Shown here one piece after another: positions 38,648 through 47,162 of a stretch of DNA of 64,000 bases. The notes beneath the pieces are model-generated. The model saw only the letters and a program-made list of their open reading frames with translations, did not search any database and was not told the DNA's origin. Both the position numbers and the translations under genes were made by a program. How positions within the stretch are numbered: position 1 is the stretch's first letter; the number at the start of each line of letters is the position of its first letter. The stretch comes from Flavobacteriales bacterium (GTDB lineage: Bacteria; Bacteroidota; Bacteroidia; Flavobacteriales_D; JAHECK01): NCBI GenBank assembly GCA_024641785.1, contig JAHECK010000001.1:82-64081 (forward strand). Reading direction: 5' to 3'.

Positions 38648-40588
38648 TTATTTAGTAATGATAAGCTTTTCAGTAGTAGAACTATCACCAATTCGTAAGT
38701 TAAAGTAGTAAATACCAGTTTCAAGAGCACTAGCATCAATAGTGATCACTTGTTCACCTGCAGCTTGATTTCCTAATTTCACTTCATTGATCAATCGACC
38801 ATTCACATCGAATATAGCGTAAGCTATAGTCGCTTTTTCATTTAAGGTATAGCTAATTCTAGTATTGTCGCTAAATGGATTTGGAGAAACATTAATACTT
38901 GCAATAGTATTAGCAAGATCTTCTACACCTAAACTCATGTTTAAAGCAAGTCGAACAGCATTCTCATTCGCACTGCTGAACCAAGTAGGCTCTTGATCAC
39001 TGTTAAGATCACGTTCGTAAGATGAATTATCTGTATCAACATTAAAAGTAGCTCTAACCCACATTTCATCCGGTCCGGCAAACTGACGAACAGTTACAAA
39101 GTAAGCTTCGCTTGTTTCAAGTAGAATTTCATCTTCAAAAGGAATGTAAACTGCATTACCAAGATCTGCTTCTTCAACAATATAATCTGCAATTGTTAAT
39201 TCATCAACAGGCATATTATCTGCATCTGCATTAATATCAGCTCCAGTAACATTAAAGAATTGTACAAATACTTCAGTACCTATGGTAGTATTATCTCCAA
39301 ATACTACTTCTACACCATGGGCAGAAGACCCTTCTGCTTCAACAAAGAAATAATTAGCATATCCTCCTTCGTTGAATCCGTCTCCTGCATCATTATCTCT
39401 TGGACCGTCTTGAGTATCCATGTTATCCATGTCCTCATAACTCATTGTAGCAGTAGTAACAGTAAGGTATCTGTTACCAACTATATTTTCAACAACTTCT
39501 TCATCTTGATCTGAACTAATTGTAGCTCTAAGTGTATAGTTACCTAGATCAGCTAATGCATAACCCGTTTCATGATAAACTGTATCAATTGTATTTGTTG
39601 CAAGATCACCAATAAGTTCAGTGGTTGAACTTAACACATTATCATCCGCATCCAATACTTCGAATAAAATTTCAACTCCTGTTTGTGCAGCAGAACCATA
39701 GTTTCCATAAACGCAGCCGGCTAAAATCTCAGGAGATTGCTCTAATGGATAGTTTTTAATTTCCCAAACATTAAAAACATCATTATTCATTACTTGTAAA
39801 GTTGCTAAATTATTAGCATAAGGATTTTCATATACGGCAACATCATCAACTCCTAAGTAATAATGACTCATTGGTGAATTAACATCAGGATTAAAAGCAA
39901 AACGAATAAGTACTGCTGATTCATTTGCTGCTGATTCTGAAATATCAACAGTTACGTTAAGTGTACCAGATCCATTGTTAGCTCCTAAAATGAATTGATT
40001 GTAACCAAACATTCTATAATTTGTCCAGCTTGTTCCACCATCAGTTGATACTCCCAACAAAGCAGGGAAATATAACGGATTATTTGAACAGCAATATCTG
40101 AAATAAGTTGAAAAGTCAACAAGTACTGAATTCAAAGCACTCAGATCCAATTCCGGCGTAGTGATCCATCCCGAAACATCTTCTGCGGTAGTACCGCCAG
40201 TTGGAGTAGAATTATATTCATCACAATCTAAAAGCATAAAGCCATTAGCGGAAGTTGGTGATTCTAATGGTCCGGTGTTACTGGAATAATTTCCTTCAGG
40301 TCCGGTTGTACTAAGTTGCCATTCATCTGCAATGATCCCACCAGTTGTCCAAGCTTGCCCTAACTCGTTATTTCCATCAAGACCATTTGCAAAATCATCA
40401 GAAAAAACAACATCTTGTTGGTCTTTATTAAATGAACTTGGGTTTTCCTTCGCTTCCCATCCAGCTGGGATTTCTTTTGCAGCTTGCAAACTAGCAGCTG
40501 GAGCTTCATTTAAAGAAGCATCGCTAGTTTGTGCCATCATTGCTCCACTAAGTAAAAGACTGGAAGCCAATAAGTACATTTTTTTCAT
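38648..40588 (-). CDS. T9SS cargo protein, paralog 2
   Basis: Signal peptide MKKMYLLASSLLLSGAMMAQ. Shared blocks FSDDFA, TSANGFMLLDCDE, VLIRFAF and LGVDDVAVY. C-terminal T9SS domain SPNPFSDNTRISY ... GIYYFNLR ... KLIITK. Confidence 0.7.
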   Translation of the reverse strand: MKKMYLLASSLLLSGAMMAQTSDASLNEAPAASLQAAKEIPAGWEAKENPSSFNKDQQDVVFSDDFANGLDGNNELGQAWTTGGIIADEWQLSTTGPEGNYSSNTGPLESPTSANGFMLLDCDEYNSTPTGGTTAEDVSGWITTPELDLSALNSVLVDFSTYFRYCCSNNPLYFPALLGVSTDGGTSWTNYRMFGYNQFILGANNGSGTLNVTVDISESAANESAVLIRFAFNPDVNSPMSHYYLGVDDVAVYENPYANNLATLQVMNNDVFNVWEIKNYPLEQSPEILAGCVYGNYGSAAQTGVEILFEVLDADDNVLSSTTELIGDLATNTIDTVYHETGYALADLGNYTLRATISSDQDEEVVENIVGNRYLTVTTATMSYEDMDNMDTQDGPRDNDAGDGFNEGGYANYFFVEAEGSSAHGVEVVFGDNTTIGTEVFVQFFNVTGADINADADNMPVDELTIADYIVEEADLGNAVYIPFEDEILLETSEAYFVTVRQFAGPDEMWVRATFNVDTDNSSYERDLNSDQEPTWFSSANENAVRLALNMSLGVEDLANTIASINVSPNPFSDNTRISYTLNEKATIAYAIFDVNGRLINEVKLGNQAAGEQVITIDASALETGIYYFNLRIGDSSTTEKLIITK

Positions 40589-40802
40589 AATTTAATTATT
40601 TGAGTTTATTTTTTTATTCAAGCATGTAAAAGTAAGCCCTAATAGACAAACTAGCAATTTAAAAGAGCACTTATTATCCAGATAAAAACATATTTAACAT
40701 AAATATTTCAATTCCAAAATAAATTAACGACTTAATATTCAGTTCATTAAAAAAAATAGAATTAAGCAAATAAGTAAATTTTCGTTTTACAAATCAAGCA
40801 TG

Positions 40803-40897
40803 GAAATGAAATAATTAAAATAAACTCAATATTTGTCCGCATTTGGAGAATTAACACATCATCCCACTTATTTCTTAAATCTTGAAATGAAATAATT
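40803..40897. repeat. 14-nt direct repeat GAAATGAAATAATT x2 in divergent promoter region
   Basis: Copies at 40803..40816 and 40884..40897, 81 bp start to start, inside the 453-bp spacer between paralogs 2 and 3. Confidence 0.6.
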
Positions 40898-41011
40898 GTG
40901 CTTTTTTTTAGCTAATTATTCATTCGCTTTTTTACGCTTTACTTTCAATTGGAAGCCTTCTAATTAACTTAAGATGACTTTTGTCTGACACTTTTAATTT
41001 AAATATTCTTT

Positions 41012-41019
41012 TATATTTG
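41012..41019 (+). promoter_or_regulatory. Bacteroidota -7 promoter box TATATTTG
   Basis: Exact TAnnTTTG, 22 nt upstream of the ATG at 41042. Confidence 0.45.
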
Positions 41020-41041
41020 CCCATACTCAAAAAAATATACT

Positions 41042-42937
41042 ATGAAGAAAATGTACACACTCGCTCTTGCATTTGCGCTTTTTACAAGTGGAATATTTGC
41101 TCAGTCAAATACTGATGTATTAAACAAGAATGATAAAGGAGCTGCACAAACAATTAAAAGTCCAAAACTTGCGAATGAGTTCAATAAAGATGCTCAGGCA
41201 GAATTGTGGTCTGACGATTTCTCTGATCCTAACACTTGGGTTATAGAACATGATGCTACAGCTTGTAGTTTAGATTGGGAAATTGGCACTGGCCTTTCTT
41301 GTGGAGGTTTTGCTCCAATTAACAATATTAATTCCACAACTTCTGAAAATGGATTTGCTATGGTAGATTCGGATGAATATGGTGGAGAAACAGGTGGGTC
41401 AGAAGTTGAAGACTCTTGGTTTACGACGGCTAATTCTATCGATCTTTCAGCAAATCCAAATGTAATACTTGAATTTCAAAGTTTTTACAGAAAATGGACT
41501 TATGAGGAATGTTATGTTGTGATCAGCACAAATAATACTGATTGGCCAGAATTAGATCCTGATTATGATGCAGAATCAAATCCTAATGTTTTTAGAGTTT
41601 GGCCTGGAATGGGAACACAAGATCCTGTTCTTAATCCTACCATAAAAAGATTGGATATTTCTGCAGCAGCAGGTAATCAAGCTACTGTTTGGATCCGATT
41701 TCATTGGACAGGAACCTGGGGATACGCTTGGTTCGTTGATGATGTGCGTGTTTTAGAACAGGCTGCCAATGATATGACAATGGAATATGGAGTGATCTCT
41801 CATAATGGAACCGGTGATGAATATGGTCGTGTTCCAGCTGATCAGTTAAATCCACAAATCAACTTAGGAGCATTAACAACCAATTTTGGATATGATGCCC
41901 AAACCGATATCATCATCGATATTTTAATTGAAGATGAATCAAGTAATGAAATATTAAGTACTTCTTCAGATGTTGAACCTGCATTGGCACCAACTGATAC
42001 TTTAACATTTAGTACTGATGAAGATCTTCCGGCATTAGCGACAGGAATGTACACTACAACTTTTACAGTAACTTCTGCTGAAGAACAAGATGGAGATCAG
42101 TTTTTTAATAATGTAGTAGTTCGTAATTTCGAAATTACGGACGATTTATACAGTTTAGATGGTATTGGTGTTGATCCTGTTTCAAATATTGGATCATTAG
42201 GAACAAACAGTTTTACTGATGCTGAAGATGGTTTCTTTATGATGACTTTATACGATTTTAATCAAAGTGAAAATATTGTTTATGGTATTGAAGTACTTTT
42301 AGGTTCTACAACTGTTCCCGGTGGTTCTGTCATCGCACATTTAATGGACACGGTGGATGTTTATGGAAACAATATTGATCAACCGATTGTTTCTTCTGAC
42401 GAAATTGAAATTACGCAAGACCATGTTGATGCAGGAATAGTTAGAATCTACTTTGAAAGTGGCGAAAACTTATCTGCAGGATCATATATGGCTGCAATTG
42501 AAATGTTTAGTAATGGAAGTGCAAATGATATTCGAATCATTAATGATGTGACTACACCTCAACCACCATGGTCAAGTGTGATCTTTATTCCTAATGATCA
42601 AACCTATACTAATCCTAATGCTGCAGCAATTAGAGTTTTAATGTCTCCTGCTAGCAGTGTTTATGAAATAACAAAAGATGCAAGCCTTGGTCAAAACATT
42701 CCAAACCCTGCGGTTAATAGAACAACAATCGGTTTTGAATTATTGAGCGCTCAAAACGTATCAATCGTTATTACTGATATTCTTGGTAAAGTGGTTCTCG
42801 AAGAAAAACTTGGAAACCTTGCACCCGGAACTTATTCTAGAGTGATCGAGTTAAATGGTTTAAACGCCGGTACTTACCACTACTCTATCGTAACTGAAAA
42901 CGGTTCATTAACTAAAGCAATGCAAGTCATTAGATAA
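41042..42937 (+). CDS. T9SS cargo protein, paralog 3
   Basis: Signal peptide MKKMYTLALAFALFTSGIFAQ. Shared blocks WSDDFS, TSENGFAMVDSDE, VWIRFHW and WFVDDVRVL. C-terminal T9SS domain IPNPAVNRTTIGF ... GTYHYSIV ... AMQVIR. Confidence 0.7.
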   Translation: MKKMYTLALAFALFTSGIFAQSNTDVLNKNDKGAAQTIKSPKLANEFNKDAQAELWSDDFSDPNTWVIEHDATACSLDWEIGTGLSCGGFAPINNINSTTSENGFAMVDSDEYGGETGGSEVEDSWFTTANSIDLSANPNVILEFQSFYRKWTYEECYVVISTNNTDWPELDPDYDAESNPNVFRVWPGMGTQDPVLNPTIKRLDISAAAGNQATVWIRFHWTGTWGYAWFVDDVRVLEQAANDMTMEYGVISHNGTGDEYGRVPADQLNPQINLGALTTNFGYDAQTDIIIDILIEDESSNEILSTSSDVEPALAPTDTLTFSTDEDLPALATGMYTTTFTVTSAEEQDGDQFFNNVVVRNFEITDDLYSLDGIGVDPVSNIGSLGTNSFTDAEDGFFMMTLYDFNQSENIVYGIEVLLGSTTVPGGSVIAHLMDTVDVYGNNIDQPIVSSDEIEITQDHVDAGIVRIYFESGENLSAGSYMAAIEMFSNGSANDIRIINDVTTPQPPWSSVIFIPNDQTYTNPNAAAIRVLMSPASSVYEITKDASLGQNIPNPAVNRTTIGFELLSAQNVSIVITDILGKVVLEEKLGNLAPGTYSRVIELNGLNAGTYHYSIVTENGSLTKAMQVIR

Positions 42938-42957
42938 TCGCATTCTTTATGAAACTT

Positions 42958-42990
42958 AAAAACCGCTCTCATATTGAGAGCGGTTTTTTT
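42958..42990 (+). terminator. Rho-independent terminator
   Basis: AACCGCTCTC-atatt-GAGAGCGGTT with a flanking A-run and a T7 run. Begins 21 nt after the stop at 42937. Confidence 0.85.
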
Positions 42991-43015
42991 ATTGGAGTTC
43001 AAAGAAAACATAAAA

Positions 43016-43107
43016 AGCCCCTCGTAACATTATGCTTAACAAGCAAAACACTCAGGGACCGTCCCGATAATTATCAAAAGAGAAAATCAGGATTATATCG
43101 AGGGGCT
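43016..43107 (-). other. candidate structured RNA element or long-loop terminator
   Basis: 9-bp GC-rich perfect inverted repeat: AGCCCCTCG (43016..43024) and CGAGGGGCT (43099..43107), enclosing 74 nt. On the minus strand the closing stem is followed by TTTTTATGTTTTCTTT. Confidence 0.3.
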
Positions 43108-43180
43108 ATTTCTGTCTCGCTGAAAAAGTTTGCTCTGACCGTAGTGATCACTGCGATTCACTTATATGCATTCATGCATT

Positions 43181-44110
43181 TCAAACCTCACTTTTTGGCT
43201 CATAGACCGCCTTCTTCCTTCCTACAAGATAAACCCCCGTGAATATCATGATCGTACATAATAGCTTAAACCAGGTGATATCTTGACTAAATCCTGAACT
43301 ATTATTAAAATAATGATCATAAAGAAAAGCAAAAAGACCGGCTAATACAGGCTGCAAATAAATATAAGTACTGCTAACAGAAGGACTGACTATCTTGAGT
43401 GCGAAAATATTTAATAAATAGGCTAAAAAAGTAGTGAATACGATCACATAAAACACTCCCCTTAAAACATTAACAGGCAAAGCGTTCCATTCAACTTCAA
43501 TGGCTTGCTTAAAACCGAAAGGCAATACGAATAGAAAACCAAAAAAGAATACCCAAAAAATCACGGTCGTGGGTTTATACTTACTTAATAAAGGCTTTAC
43601 AATGACTAAATAAACTCCATAACTCATGGCATTAATAAATACCATCAGATCACCTAAAACACTTGCATGAACGGAATTTCCTGACTTCGTTGATAACAGT
43701 AATAAAACTGCACCAATCGCCCCAATGATCACTCCCAGAATTTTCATTTTTGTAAGCACCTCTCTCAATACAATATGTGAAATGATCAATACCAATATTG
43801 GATTTGATGTCATAATAATAGAAGCATTGATTGGCGAGGTTAAGTTAAGTCCGTTAAAAAAGAATAATTGATTGATGGCAACGCCAAATAAACCGGCAAG
43901 TATTAATCGCCCAAAATCCTTTTTCTCAACTTTCTCCTTTATAAAAAAGCGCAGAATCGAAAACAACATCACTGCTCCACCTACTCTAAAGAAAATAAAT
44001 CCTGAAGGTTGAACATAATTAGGCATGATTCCTTTTGCAACCAAATAATTAGCAGCATAGATCGTATTGACCATGAACAATGCGATATAAGCAAAACCAC
44101 GTTTACCCAT
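43181..44110 (-). CDS. DMT-superfamily (EamA) transporter
   Basis: About ten TM segments arranged as two EamA-like halves, 309 aa. Confidence 0.75.
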   Translation of the reverse strand: MGKRGFAYIALFMVNTIYAANYLVAKGIMPNYVQPSGFIFFRVGGAVMLFSILRFFIKEKVEKKDFGRLILAGLFGVAINQLFFFNGLNLTSPINASIIMTSNPILVLIISHIVLREVLTKMKILGVIIGAIGAVLLLLSTKSGNSVHASVLGDLMVFINAMSYGVYLVIVKPLLSKYKPTTVIFWVFFFGFLFVLPFGFKQAIEVEWNALPVNVLRGVFYVIVFTTFLAYLLNIFALKIVSPSVSSTYIYLQPVLAGLFAFLYDHYFNNSSGFSQDITWFKLLCTIMIFTGVYLVGRKKAVYEPKSEV

Positions 44111-44459
44111 TTATTCCCAGTCTTTTATATAATGCTTCAATATTGTTCTTTTGATTTCCAATAAAAATTTCCTTATCGATCAAAACTACCGGCCTTTTTA
44201 AATAGGTATAATCACTGAGTATTAATGCACGATAATCACTTTCCTTCAATACTTTATTTTTTAGTCCTAACAAGCTGTAATTTTTTGCTTTACGACTGAA
44301 AAGGGCTTCAAAGGAACCGGATTTGTCCTTCATTTCATCCAATTCATCAGGAGTGATAGACACCTTTTTAATATCCTTTACTTCGAAAGAAGCAAGATCC
44401 ATTGGCTTTAAAATTCGTTTACTGGTATCGCAGGTAGAAAGCGTATATATTTTATGCAT
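44103..44459 (-). CDS. ArsC/Spx/YffB-family thioredoxin-fold protein
   Basis: 118 aa. N-terminal IYTLSTCDTSKR (a CxxS variant of the family motif). Overlaps the downstream DMT transporter gene by 8 nt. Confidence 0.65.
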   Translation of the reverse strand: MHKIYTLSTCDTSKRILKPMDLASFEVKDIKKVSITPDELDEMKDKSGSFEALFSRKAKNYSLLGLKNKVLKESDYRALILSDYTYLKRPVVLIDKEIFIGNQKNNIEALYKRLGING

Positions 44460-44516
44460 TTCTGTATTAGTTGTTTATTTTTAACTCGGTTTTAATTCTT
44501 ACGCTTTAAGGTGAAG

Positions 44517-44524
44517 TAAATTTG
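44517..44524 (+). promoter_or_regulatory. Bacteroidota -7 promoter box TAAATTTG
   Basis: Exact TAnnTTTG, 32 nt upstream of the ATG at 44557. Confidence 0.45.
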
Positions 44525-44556
44525 AGAATGCAAAGAAACTAATTCCTAGTTGAAAC

Positions 44557-45762
44557 ATGCCAGAAAGTTCTGAAAGCATTGAAAAAAAATTGAGCGTAAA
44601 GCGAATTATCATTCCTATTATTCTGGGACTAGGCGTTGCGTTCTATTTACTTATCGGAAGTTTAAACGAATCGAAGTTTATAAAAGTTAAGAATGGAAAA
44701 GGGTCTTATTCCTTAAAAACAGAAGTTCTTAAGTCGAAAAAGAAATTTACCGAAGCAGATTTTGAATTTGTTGGAGTAGGAAAGGGAGACTTTAATTTTG
44801 AAAGCGCTCAGGATAATTTACATCGTATAAAATGGTCATTCTCGATGGGTTTATGGCTCTTTATAGCCTTATTAGCTATGGCCGTAAGGGATTTTTTCTA
44901 TATGTTACGGCTACGGGTCTTAACAGATAAAGCTTTTAATTGGCGACAGTCATTCAGAGTAGTTATGCTTTGGGAATTTGCCTCTTCGTTGAGTCCCTCA
45001 GTAGTTGGAGGCTCAAGTATCGCCATGTTTATCATCAATCGCGAAGGCATCAATATGGGAAAAAGCACTTCGATCGTTATGATCACCGCTATCATGGATG
45101 AATTATTCTATATCACTATGGTTCCCCTTGCTTTTTTGATCGTTGGGAATCAATATTTATTTCCTCTTCATTTAGAAAAAGAGCTATTTGGAATGACGCT
45201 TGGAGCGAGAGAATTATTTTGGCTAGGTTACACTTTTATCGTGATTCTTGTTGCCGTTTTAAGCCTTGCAATTTTCTTTAAGCCGAGATTATTCAAATAC
45301 ATCCTTTTAAAAATGTTTAGCTGGAGGTTATTGCGCAAATGGAGAGTAAAATCTTTAGATACCGGAAATGAGATCATTGAAGCTTCGAAGGAGTTCAAGA
45401 ATAAACCCTTTTCCTTTTGGTTTAAATCAGTCGGAGCGACCTACCTTTCATGGATGGCGCGTTTTTTAACTGTTAATTTTTTAATTCTTGCTTTTGCAAG
45501 TAATGCGGATCAATTATTGATCTTTGGTCGCCAATTAATAATGTGGGTTATTCTTTTGATCAGTCCTACTCCAGGTGGAGCAGGGGTAGCAGAATTTGCC
45601 TTTAATGGATTTTTAGGAGACTTAATTCCTTTTGGATTAGCGGGTATTTTAGCCTTACTTTGGCGCCTGTTTAGTTACTATCCTTATTTATTTATTGGCG
45701 CTATAATTTTGCCTGGCTGGATACAAAAAACAAAGAATAACGATACTTATATTTTTAATTAA
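44557..45762 (+). CDS. UPF0104 / lysylphosphatidylglycerol-synthase-TM-like (flippase-like) membrane protein
   Basis: Polytopic membrane protein. The C-terminal SPTPGGAGVAEFAF motif is typical of the UPF0104 family. Confidence 0.6.
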   Translation: MPESSESIEKKLSVKRIIIPIILGLGVAFYLLIGSLNESKFIKVKNGKGSYSLKTEVLKSKKKFTEADFEFVGVGKGDFNFESAQDNLHRIKWSFSMGLWLFIALLAMAVRDFFYMLRLRVLTDKAFNWRQSFRVVMLWEFASSLSPSVVGGSSIAMFIINREGINMGKSTSIVMITAIMDELFYITMVPLAFLIVGNQYLFPLHLEKELFGMTLGARELFWLGYTFIVILVAVLSLAIFFKPRLFKYILLKMFSWRLLRKWRVKSLDTGNEIIEASKEFKNKPFSFWFKSVGATYLSWMARFLTVNFLILAFASNADQLLIFGRQLIMWVILLISPTPGGAGVAEFAFNGFLGDLIPFGLAGILALLWRLFSYYPYLFIGAIILPGWIQKTKNNDTYIFN

Positions 45763-45780
45763 TTTTTCATTAGTACAAAG

Positions 45781-46926
45781 ATGAAATTCAATACAAAAAC
45801 AATTCATGCAGGTGTTCATGCGGATCCAACTACCGGAGCAATTATGACACCGATCTATCAAACTTCAACCTATGTTCAGGAAGGAGTTGGAAACCATAAA
45901 GGATACGAATATTCAAGAACCGGAAATCCTACAAGACATGCCTTAGAATGCAGTATTGCTGCACTTGAAAATGGAAACTATGGCGCTTGTTTTGGATCCG
46001 GATTAGCTGCAATCGATTGCGTAATAAAAATGCTTAATCCTGGAGACGAAGTGATCTCAACCAATGATCTTTATGGAGGAACTTTTCGGATTTTCACAAC
46101 CATTTTCGAAAAGTATGGGATCAAATTTCATTTTACTCCGATGGGAGACGCAAAACAGGTTGCTGCATTGATCAATGAAAACACAAAGCTGATCTGGGTT
46201 GAAACTCCAACCAACCCAATGATGAACATCATCGATATAAAAGCCATTTCCAAACTAACAAGCGGGAAAAATATTTTATTAGCGGTCGATAATACCTTTG
46301 CTACGCCATATTTACAGCGACCTTTAGATTTAGGTGCAGATATCGTAATGCATTCGGTTACCAAATATTTAGGCGGCCATTCTGATGTAGTAATGGGAGC
46401 TTTGGTATGCAAAGACGAGAAGTTATCGAATGAAATGTATCGTATTCAGAATTCAAGCGGAGCCGTTTGCGGTCCAATGGATAGTTTTCTTGTATTAAGA
46501 GGAATTAAGACCTTACATATCCGGATGCAACGTCATTGCGAAAATGGAGAAAAGATCGCTTACTATTTAAAAAGTCATTCCAAGATTGACAAAGTTTATT
46601 GGCCGGGTTTTCCGGAGCATCCAAATCATCAGGTTGCAAAGGATCAAATGAGTGGATTTGGAGGCATGATCTCCTTTACTACCAAAGGAAATAAATTGGA
46701 AGATGCCTTTAAAATAGTTGAAAATGTAAAACTCTTTAAACTGGCGGAATCATTAGGCGGCGTAGAGTCTTTGATCGGACATCCTGCTACCATGACCCAT
46801 GCCTCCATTCCTAAAGAAAAGCGCGAAGAAAGCGGTGTAGTCGATTCACTGATCCGCTTAAGTGTGGGAATAGAAGATGCGGACGACCTGATTGAAGATC
46901 TAAAAAACAGTCTGGCAAGTATTTAA
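45781..46926 (+). CDS. Cys/Met-metabolism PLP enzyme (cystathionine gamma-synthase/beta-lyase/gamma-lyase family)
   Basis: PLP-lysine motif [12 protein letters not shown], 381 aa. The exact reaction specificity cannot be decided from sequence by eye. Confidence 0.85.
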   Translation: MKFNTKTIHAGVHADPTTGAIMTPIYQTSTYVQEGVGNHKGYEYSRTGNPTRHALECSIAALENGNYGACFGSGLAAIDCVIKMLNPGDEVISTNDLYGGTFRIFTTIFEKYGIKFHFTPMGDAKQVAALINENTKLIWVETPTNPMMNIIDIKAISKLTSGKNILLAVDNTFATPYLQRPLDLGADIVMHSVTKYLGGHSDVVMGALVCKDEKLSNEMYRIQNSSGAVCGPMDSFLVLRGIKTLHIRMQRHCENGEKIAYYLKSHSKIDKVYWPGFPEHPNHQVAKDQMSGFGGMISFTTKGNKLEDAFKIVENVKLFKLAESLGGVESLIGHPATMTHASIPKEKREESGVVDSLIRLSVGIEDADDLIEDLKNSLASI

Positions 46927-47008
46927 AGAAGAAATTTGGAAATCCAATTTTAGACGAATTTTGGCTTATGTGTGACTTTAGCCACTTGACTTTAGGGTCT
47001 CCTATACC

Positions 47009-47016
47009 TATCTTTG
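47009..47016 (+). promoter_or_regulatory. possible -7 promoter box TATCTTTG
   Basis: Exact TAnnTTTG, but 146 nt upstream of the ORF start at 47163. It would imply a long leader. Confidence 0.3.
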
Positions 47017-47162
47017 CACGCATTTAAATTGAAGCTAAAATAATTAGCAGAAGATATTTTACCGATTATTGTAAAATAAGACCCTTTCCTTAAAAATAAC
47101 CAGATAATTAATTGACTTAGTCCATTTTAAAACAACCTTATAAACTTTTTTTCCGTCGTAAG

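Noticed and set aside
42949-43242. 97-aa plus-strand ORF spanning the 42.9-43.2 kb spacer.
   Set aside because: It starts inside the stem of a strong terminator, runs through the inverted-repeat element and overlaps the 3' end of the DMT gene. Its basic, low-complexity sequence has no domain.
45763-45780. Looked for a SAM or other riboswitch upstream of the Cys/Met PLP enzyme gene.
   Set aside because: Only 18 nt separate it from the preceding gene, leaving no room for a riboswitch. I saw no riboswitch-like conserved cores in other leaders either.
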